Origin: Paraspadella gotoi
Lineage: Eukaryota > Animalia > Chaetognatha
NCBI GenBank assembly: GCA_051294375.1
Contig: CM119264.1
Coordinates: 7,566,151-7,630,150 of the forward strand
DNA: 64,000 bases
Direction of reading: 5' to 3'
Positions 56,172-64,000 of this stretch are shown here, in pieces (the stretch's first letter is position 1; each line of letters opens with the position of its first letter). The notes beneath the pieces are model-generated. The model did no database searches and had not been told where the DNA came from. It worked only from the letters and a program-made list of their open reading frames with translations. The translations under genes and the position numbers were made by a program.

Positions 56172-57098
56172 CTGAATCCGAGACTGCAACATAGAGAGCG
56201 AGAGAAAGAGTAAGCATAAGGAAAGCGAAATGATGGATCGCTTCCCAAGTGGACGTAATTTTCTTTTCTGCCGCTGAGCGACTCTTGCGTCGCGCCCGAG
56301 GAGCTTGACCTTATTTCCGAAAGAAGTCGGTATGACGATGATCTGTGGACGAAAGTGGAGAGAAAGAGACTGAGACAGAGACGCCAATACTTATTCCATT
56401 TAGATTTAGATAGGATAGTATCTCTTGTGAAATATTTTTATACATGAAATGTTTCGATAAGAAATGTTTAGTTGCAAAATGTTTAGATGCGAATTTCGTT
56501 CCCGGAGTTCCTAATCTCTTGATCTCTTTTTTGTGGACTGCGATATTTAGTTTCATTGCTTGCAACAGACGGCCAATTTACAGTTTTTGTTATCTTTTTG
56601 GAAATTCCTGTCAATTGCTACATCCGTTATAAAAATTATCCATTGCAACCAATACTTAAGCTATCTTTCCCCTTGATTTTTGACATTCAGATGATTTTTA
56701 TTTTTTTATTTTTTTTTGTGGTTTAACTTTTCCACTTTTTCAAAATTTTCTCTTCTCGTCTTTTCCTTTCAAACTTTTCCGCTTTTCATTTTCTTTTTCC
56801 CTTTTCCTTTTTTTTTTCCTTTTCTTTTCATTTTCATCCGAGATTCCCGTTTCTGTTTTCTCTTTCTCTCTTTTCCTTTTTCTCTTTCCTCTATTTTTCT
56901 GCGTGTTATGCTTCTTCTTTTCATATGCGATTCTTTCTGCCTGACTCGTTCTCTCCTACATTTTTCAACTTCTTTTCCTCTCTTCGTCCTTGGCTCGAGT
57001 GTCTGTAGTTCTTTAATATTTTCTTAAGACTAAATAATAAACTCGTCTTCTCGATTCCCTTTTGTCTTCAAATTCGATCCCTGTTTTTTTCTTTTTTT

Positions 57099-57684
57099 NN
57101 NNNNNNNNNNNNNNNNNNNNNNNNNNNNNNNNNNNNNNNNNNNNNNNNNNNNNNNNNNNNNNNNNNNNNNNNNNNNNNNNNNNNNNNNNNNNNNNNNNNN
57201 NNNNNNNNNNNNNNNNNNNNNNNNNNNNNNNNNNNNNNNNNNNNNNNNNNNNNNNNNNNNNNNNNNNNNNNNNNNNNNNNNNNNNNNNNNNNNNNNNNNN
57301 NNNNNNNNNNNNNNNNNNNNNNNNNNNNNNNNNNNNNNNNNNNNNNNNNNNNNNNNNNNNNNNNNNNNNNNNNNNNNNNNNNNNNNNNNNNNNNNNNNNN
57401 NNNNNNNNNNNNNNNNNNNNNNNNNNNNNNNNNNNNNNNNNNNNNNNNNNNNNNNNNNNNNNNNNNNNNNNNNNNNNNNNNNNNNNNNNNNNNAAAATAG
57501 GTTTTACTGAGCAAGCTGCTAGTCACTAGAGGTTTGTACTAATAACGCTAATAACTGTTAAGAATCGTTTTCTGGCTCACACGATAAAAAGTTTGGCAAT
57601 AAAAAACGTTTTATTTCAAGTTTCAAAAGTTAAGTTAAAATGCAATAGTAAAATAAGCAAACATCCAATAGAGAAACAATTCAT

Positions 57685-57721
<37 letters not shown>

Positions 57722-57904
57722 NNNNNNNNNNNNNNNNNNNNNNNNNNNNNNNNNNNNNNNNNNNNNNNNNNNNNNNNNNNNNNNNNNNNNNNNNNNNNNN
57801 NNNNNNNNNNNNNNNNNNNNNNNNNNNNNNNNNNNNNNNNNNNNNNNNNNNNNNNNNNNNNNNNNNNNNNNNNNNNNNNNNNNNNNNNNNNNNNNNNNNN
57901 NNNN
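57099..57904. other. Assembly gaps (57099-57493, 57722-57904); fixed 25-N gaps at 3181, 5106, 9260, 55884 and 58439
   Basis: Runs of N visible in the sequence. Confidence 0.99.
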
Positions 57905-60778
57905 GAGAGAGAGACAGAGAGAGACAGAGAGAGAGAGAGAGAGATATGTTACGATAAAGAAGCTAAATAAATAATAGCGAGAAAAACAAAGAGATACAAA
58001 AGATAATTTACAAAAAATAAAAAATAAAAAAGAAGAGAGATTTGGGGCCGAGAATTTCGTTTAATATCCTCAAGGTTTAACTGCGAAAAAAATCATTTTT
58101 GGCCAAGTTAAAATTTCATCTTTACTGTTGACGCTGTATCGTTCTGTGAAAGAATAAAAGGAAAAAAGAGAGAGATATTTTTGGCCAAGTTAAAATTTCA
58201 TCTTACTGTTGACCTGCTATCGTTCTGTGAAAGAATAAAGGGAGCGGGTGAAGAGGGGGCGTGAAAGGGGCGGGGAGAAAGGGGGAAGAGCAAAAGGAAA
58301 CAAATAGGAAACAACTAACGAGCGTAGAATCGTTTTGAAAGGCAACAGAAGTCTCGTGGAGACATCACTCCCCGACGTCGGTTTCCGCGCAAAGAGAGAA
58401 AGCATGAGAGGAGAGTGGTGAGAGAGAGAGAGAGACGANNNNNNNNNNNNNNNNNNNNNNNNNGAGAGAGAGAGAGAGAGAGAGAGAGAGACGGTGGGAA
58501 ACGAGCAATGGAAGTGTTAGACTCGAGAGACAAAGAGATAATAAAAATTTGATTTTTTTGACGATTTTTGCCGACAGATTTAAACGACAAATTTGACGAA
58601 AAATTTGACGACAAATTTTGCCGAACAAATGTCGACAGAGTGAAAGGAGAAATTTAAAGTTAAAAAGGATCATCGTAACTTTAAAAATTAAAACCAAACA
58701 GAATATGATGTAATGATGTAATTTGACATTAAAGAATTCTTTAAAAAATATATTGACTCTTTCAAATCTTTATCTCTTAAATTTGAATAAAATTTTTGTT
58801 TCAGCCTTTCACCCTAAAGGTTTTTTTTTCTACGGTCAAAACGTTTGACGTAGGTTATGTAATGAATATTTTTTAATGGTTTCAAAATCCGTAAAAAAAT
58901 ATTTGTTTTTATTCAATGAAAAGGATATGGTCGCCGTTTGAAATTAAAGCCATTCTGTAAAATTGCCCACGAAATAAATCGGCACGGGGGGCTAATGATG
59001 ACTATTAAATTCTTCTTATTGTTAAATGATTAGTATTACAATCGTAAAATTCTCTTATTTTGATTTTAAAGAGTTGTAGTTAGTAATTCTGCTAATGGTT
59101 AAAAGTTAAAACTTTCATTTTGATTGTTCATCACAAAATCGGCGCAAAATTTTTCCCACCTTAAGTTTTTTTTTGTTTTTTTTTGTCAATAAACATGATT
59201 TATATAAATGCTGTTAAGAATTTAACGGATGGCCCAGCCATTTTTTCTAACGTAAAATCAAAGTATTTTTAGTTACGATTTAGTCATCTTTCAAAAAAAT
59301 AATAATAAGGAAAGGAATTGCACGATTTTTTGAGAAAAAGGGCTTCTAAAGCTTAAAAAGATATGTTAGTTCGGAAAGGCGAAACTAAACTATTTCTAGG
59401 TAAAACCATAAAAACTGATAACTCAGAACTAAAACGAGATTAGCAATATTTGCCATACTATTTCGGCTTGAGACCATAAAATTTGAAACAGACTTTATAA
59501 GATCGTTATAAACTTACTAAGTCTGAGATAGAAGCGATGATCTACGTAAAAACGTTAGCGTAAAAAGTATAAGAATATCGTTGGATTACTTTTTTATGGC
59601 TTTCTTTTTTACAAAGCTATTGTTTAATTTTACTCTATGAACAACTAAATCGTAATAATTAAGATTTATATAATTTTTATTAAAAACTATGAACCTTTTC
59701 TATTTTGTTTATCCAAAAAAAAAGTAAATAAACTATGTCTATGAAGACACGGATCTTGATTCGATCCCTTATTCTTTCAGCTTTAGCAAATGGCAAAAAA
59801 AAAATAATCATGCAAACATTTAAGAATGAAAAAAGATCAGTTTTTTCATTTATTTTTGTTGATTTTTTAACGATCGAGGAAATTATCTCATGCAATACTT
59901 TATCCATGGATAGTCGATGATAAAGAAACAAGTGATATAAAAAACGTGTATAAACGTATTGATTGAACGCATGCTGAAAACCCCTTCAAAAAGCAAATCG
60001 GATCGTTGAGATATCGCCTCTTCCATTTGATAAAAGGAACCGAAAAAATAAATCGGATTGGCCCATTGTACGTGGTGGCGTGGGGCGAGGCAATTGTCGT
60101 ATCCATGAGAAACGTTAAATGAGTTCATTAAAAAAAAAGGAAAATTATGTATCTACATACAAAGAAATGAAAAAGAGAGAAAACCATGAAATGACAGATA
60201 TATGCACTTGCGGATAGTCGACCACTGTGCTCTGACTCTCTTCTTTTACATATGTTACAAAACTAAGTTGGACTATAAATTGGGATATAAAAAAAAATAA
60301 AGTAGTACTAATCTAAATTACTTAGACTTATTAGCTTACAGTTGTTTATTTTAAGCGAATGTTAAGTTAATGACTTTCTCTCTAAATTCTAAAGTAAAAA
60401 CGCGTTAAAAATTAAGCACTATAAATTGAAACATGGATTTTTAAAGCAAATATTTGAAAAAAAAAAATAATTACAATCGACTGTGATTCCAAACAACATT
60501 CGGCGTGCTCGTATGGTACCGTGTACTTAAAACCCAAAAAAGAAATAAGCTGCGTTGCGCTTTTGTTGATAATCGTTCGATTTATCCGATAGGTGCGCGC
60601 AGATTTTAGCCAATTACAACAATGAAACAATATATCAAAAACAAAACACATCCAATTAATTAAGTAAAAAACGCTTTGGGCGTGTCTCCTTTAGGGGGAT
60701 GGAGCAGCGAGAGAAATGGAAGAGAAATGAAGTAAATTCGATGTGAGGATATGATGTTGTTGAAGAGATTCGAGTTAT

Positions 60779-60816
<38 letters not shown>

Positions 60817-61065
60817 TATGATGAATGAGATGACAGAGATCGCGAGAATCCTCCGTCGATGAGGCTTATCACAAATTCCATCGAAACGCGGCGCATTAAT
60901 TCCATAACTCGGAAGGGGACGCCGCCAACGCCAACCCGGCGCCTCGGCGTCGAAATCGCGTGGAAAGACGTGTCCGGAAAAGTCTCTACTTTTCCGCCTC
61001 CACGCCCACTTTCGCTTAAAAAAACCCGGGTTTCCCTTTCCCACCCCCGGCGAAGAAATCTGTCG

Positions 61066-61896
61066 TCATTTCTTCATAACGTTCGCGACGAATCCGATTC
61101 CTATCAACAAAATGGCGGCGCCCACAAAAAACGTGATTCCGGCACAAAGTTTGGCTCGCTCTCCGTGATGCCGCGCGTCCTTCAAGTTTCCCTCGGCCGT
61201 TTGACGCCGACACTCCCGCGCCGCTTTGATCGCCGACACCCCGCAACAGGCCATCCACGGGCAGAGCAGAAAGGCCAGGGCAGCCCATATAAGGTTGGAG
61301 GCGGGCGGAGTCGGGTCCTCCGGCGGGCAGAGCACCTCGCGCGGCAAGGAGTTGAGGATCTCGTAGCTGCCGTATCCCTTTCGCGAGGTCTCCGGCGTGC
61401 CGGACATGGTGGTGTTCAAACTCGTGGTGATGTTGAGGGTGGCGTTGCTCTTCCGCCGCGTCTCGGGCGTCTCTGAGAAGGAGAGCTGGGCGGAGCACTG
61501 GTGTTCCGAGAGTTCGTCTTCGGGGACTAAGGACACTTTGACGGAGGACGAGATCTGCCGCTTGGTGCGCGGCGGTGTGAGGGCCGCGATCATGACGGCC
61601 ATCGCGATGTCACGGTTCATCTCCTTCCGAATCTCGATCTGGCGCAGGGCTTCCCTCTCCTCCTTGTCCTTGATCTTCTTCCCCACCAGAGGGGACTTGA
61701 GCTTGTCCGGCGTCAACATTCCGATCCGCTCCTTCGACTTGGACTTTTCCCGGCCGACCGAGAGGCCGCCGAGACCCCCGGCGGCGCCGTTCGCGTTCGC
61801 CGTCGACGTCGTTGCCTTCGACGCCGAGGATTTGATCGATTCCGTTGTGGAGCCCTCCATGCGGTTCATGGACGCCATCTCCACCGAGGCGTCCAT
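61066..61896 (-). CDS. CD225/dispanin-family membrane protein (PRRT/SynDIG/IFITM-like), intronless, 276 aa
   Basis: GC-rich single ORF. Long low-complexity N-terminus, then PPASNLIWAALAFLLCPWMACCGVSAIKAA (first hydrophobic segment with Cys), G-x3-A-x5-A-K loop (GNLKDARHHGERAK) and a C-terminal TM helix AGITFFVGAAILLIGIGFV. Confidence 0.8.
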   Translation of the reverse strand: MDASVEMASMNRMEGSTTESIKSSASKATTSTANANGAAGGLGGLSVGREKSKSKERIGMLTPDKLKSPLVGKKIKDKEEREALRQIEIRKEMNRDIAMAVMIAALTPPRTKRQISSSVKVSLVPEDELSEHQCSAQLSFSETPETRRKSNATLNITTSLNTTMSGTPETSRKGYGSYEILNSLPREVLCPPEDPTPPASNLIWAALAFLLCPWMACCGVSAIKAARECRRQTAEGNLKDARHHGERAKLCAGITFFVGAAILLIGIGFVANVMKK

Positions 61897-61921
61897 GGTG
61901 GGGAGAGAAGAGAGAGGGAGA

Positions 61922-61981
<60 letters not shown>

Positions 61982-62117
61982 GAGAGAGAGAGGAGAGAGA
62001 AGAGAGAGAGAAAGTAAGCCGAATCAGGAGCGGGTCCGATAAATTGGAGGAGAAAATCGAGACACGGACAGAGTCTGGAATCTTTTTCCGAGAAATCGCT
62101 TTTTTACGTCATCTAGT

Positions 62118-62177
62118 CGTGGCGTGACGTGACGTGACGTGACTTGGCGTAGAGTGACGTGGCGTGACGTAGCGTGG
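62118..62177. repeat. (CGTGA)n pentamer array creating several TGACGT (CRE-like) sites upstream of the CD225 gene
   Basis: CGTGGCGTGACGTGACGTGACGTGAC...; about 220-280 bp 5' of the minus-strand ATG at 61896. Confidence 0.5.
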
Positions 62178-64000
62178 CTCTCGCCGGGCGGTTTTTAAAA
62201 TGGCGTTTCTTTTTCTATTCCTGGCACTGACAAATTGTTTTTTATTCCCGACGAGGGCGTAAATTTACGCTTGGCGTGGGCGGCGCTATTTCCGGCGCGG
62301 ATGAGCTTCTTTCGGCTTGGGCGTCACTCTTTCCGGCGGCGCCGTCTTAAATTTCCACCGAGAGTTTCCGGTTCTAGTCTCATGGCGTTGACGTGGGAGC
62401 AATCGACCGCGACGAGGATGACGATAATTTGGGCAGCGAAGGAATTTCACGCCGTTGATCGTCTGGAGTGGGAGGGACAAAGTGGGAGAGGAGGGTGAGT
62501 AAAAGGTGAGGATGTTGCATGAAATCTTTTCTTGTTGTTTGTGGAAAGACTTTCTATTTTTTCATAAATAATGATACGTGACAGACCGACCGAAAAGGCG
62601 GAGAAAGATAGAATTCAAAATCTATTTTGCAGATTGATTGTGTCAGTCAACAATAAGATAAAATCTAGAAAACGTTAGGTTTTTGTTATAAAGTTTTTTT
62701 ATAAGAAATACCGAGAAGAAAACGGATTAGAGAGAGAGACATACGTTAAGTAATCTCTATGGAGTTAACAAATAAATTTTTACTATACGTAAATTCTCTT
62801 AAGACAAAATGGATTCCAAAACTTGACATTTTCTCCGGACGACATGAAATGATACTCTGCAAAACAGAATTCAATCTGAAATATTGTGAATCAAGTTATC
62901 TCATTGGTAAACCTCGAAGGCTCGCACAGCCCAAGGTTAAATTTTTAATCAATTTTCGCTGAAGTAATTTTTTGGATTGTTCCCATTTTTTTAATCAAAT
63001 CCTCTGTTTACATAAACTTTCTACACATTTGAATTTATGTGAAAACCTTTTATTTGTTGATACATGTTCGATTCGATAAAGATATTACAAACCTTTTTAC
63101 CCTATAGTCTCAAAGCTAAGCAACATAATTAAATAGCAAAAGATCCATTTCTAACATGGAATTGAAACAATAGCCTAATTAGTAATTAATTACGTAACAA
63201 AAAGGCCGCCTCACAAGTAACTGAATTGATAAATAAAAAAAATATTCCATGCGATAAAAAGAAATGAAAAAGAAAAAAAAGGAAAGAAAAAAAAAGAGGA
63301 TTCTGGAAAGCGGGAACTTCTTGCCTTTGTCGATGAAACGGGCGTGGTAATTTGGTAGCGAAAGGCGGAAGGCAATGAGATGGGTGTGGTTATTTCGCAG
63401 TAGTCAAGCTTAGCTTTTCGACAAATACATTTCTTAATTTCTGTATTTGTGGACTGTATTGCATTTCTGTACCGTATACGCTTTTGTGAGATTACAATTT
63501 AAAATAAAGGTTTAATTAAAGAATTGCTATTTCATTATGCGACTTTGGAGTTTTAATCAGAACAGTACATTTTTAAATAATTAACCGTAATGAGAAGATC
63601 ATTTAATATAAAATATAATTAAAAAGCAGAAATCATTCTAAGTAAAAACGTTGAGTAGCTGTAGCATGAGAATTTTCTATAAAAAAATTGTATGAAAGGG
63701 AAATGTAGTTTGGGAGTGGCGTTTCTTCGGGTTGTTGCAAAACTCGAGCGAATTCGGCTTCGGCATTTGGTGCAGAAGGGCGATAAGCGCCAAACACAGA
63801 AGCAGAGAGACAAGATTATCGATTTTTTTTATTGGTTCCTTCTCCTCCCTTTTTTTCTTTCTTCTTTCCTCCCCTCCTTCCACACTTTCCTCCCCTTTCT
63901 CCTTCATTCGCAGAGGATTTAAGAAAAGGCCGACGAAACCGGCAAAAAAAAAAGGAGGAAAGGAAATGTGGAATGGGGTGAACACTGAACAGGATTCGTA

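Noticed and set aside
58097-58242. ~63-bp direct duplication
   Set aside because: Lies between gaps and differs by indels; probably an assembly overlap.
60859-62017. Plus-strand ORFs of 205 and 206 aa
   Set aside because: Antisense shadows of the GC-rich CD225 coding sequence; no motifs.

Overview
Eukaryotic (invertebrate-like) genomic DNA: AT-rich introns, GC-rich exons, many (GA)n/(CT)n/(GAC)n microsatellites and assembly gaps. Spliced genes reconstructed by hand from splice sites and reading-frame phase: HGSNAT (+, 10 exons, 15503-24769, 5' exons not found); two tandem, very divergent Cys-loop ligand-gated cation channel subunits (+, 44969-47496 and 48369-51766) that lack the canonical aromatic agonist cage; a secreted bacterial-type sphingomyelinase C with three phase-0 introns (+, 52589-54798), a horizontal-transfer candidate; and an intronless CD225/dispanin gene (-, 61066-61896). 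Mobile DNA includes a complete 710-bp miniature LTR element whose LTRs carry a tRNA-like Pol III promoter (tRNA-Trp primer-binding site, 4-bp target duplication; Helenus-like TRIM), a Penelope-like RT remnant next to it, DINE/HINE-like elements and a dispersed repeat family. The first ~15 kb is a set of indel-rich inverted and direct copies separated by 25-N gaps, most likely a long-read gap-filling artefact. All family assignments come from remembered motifs; no database search was run.
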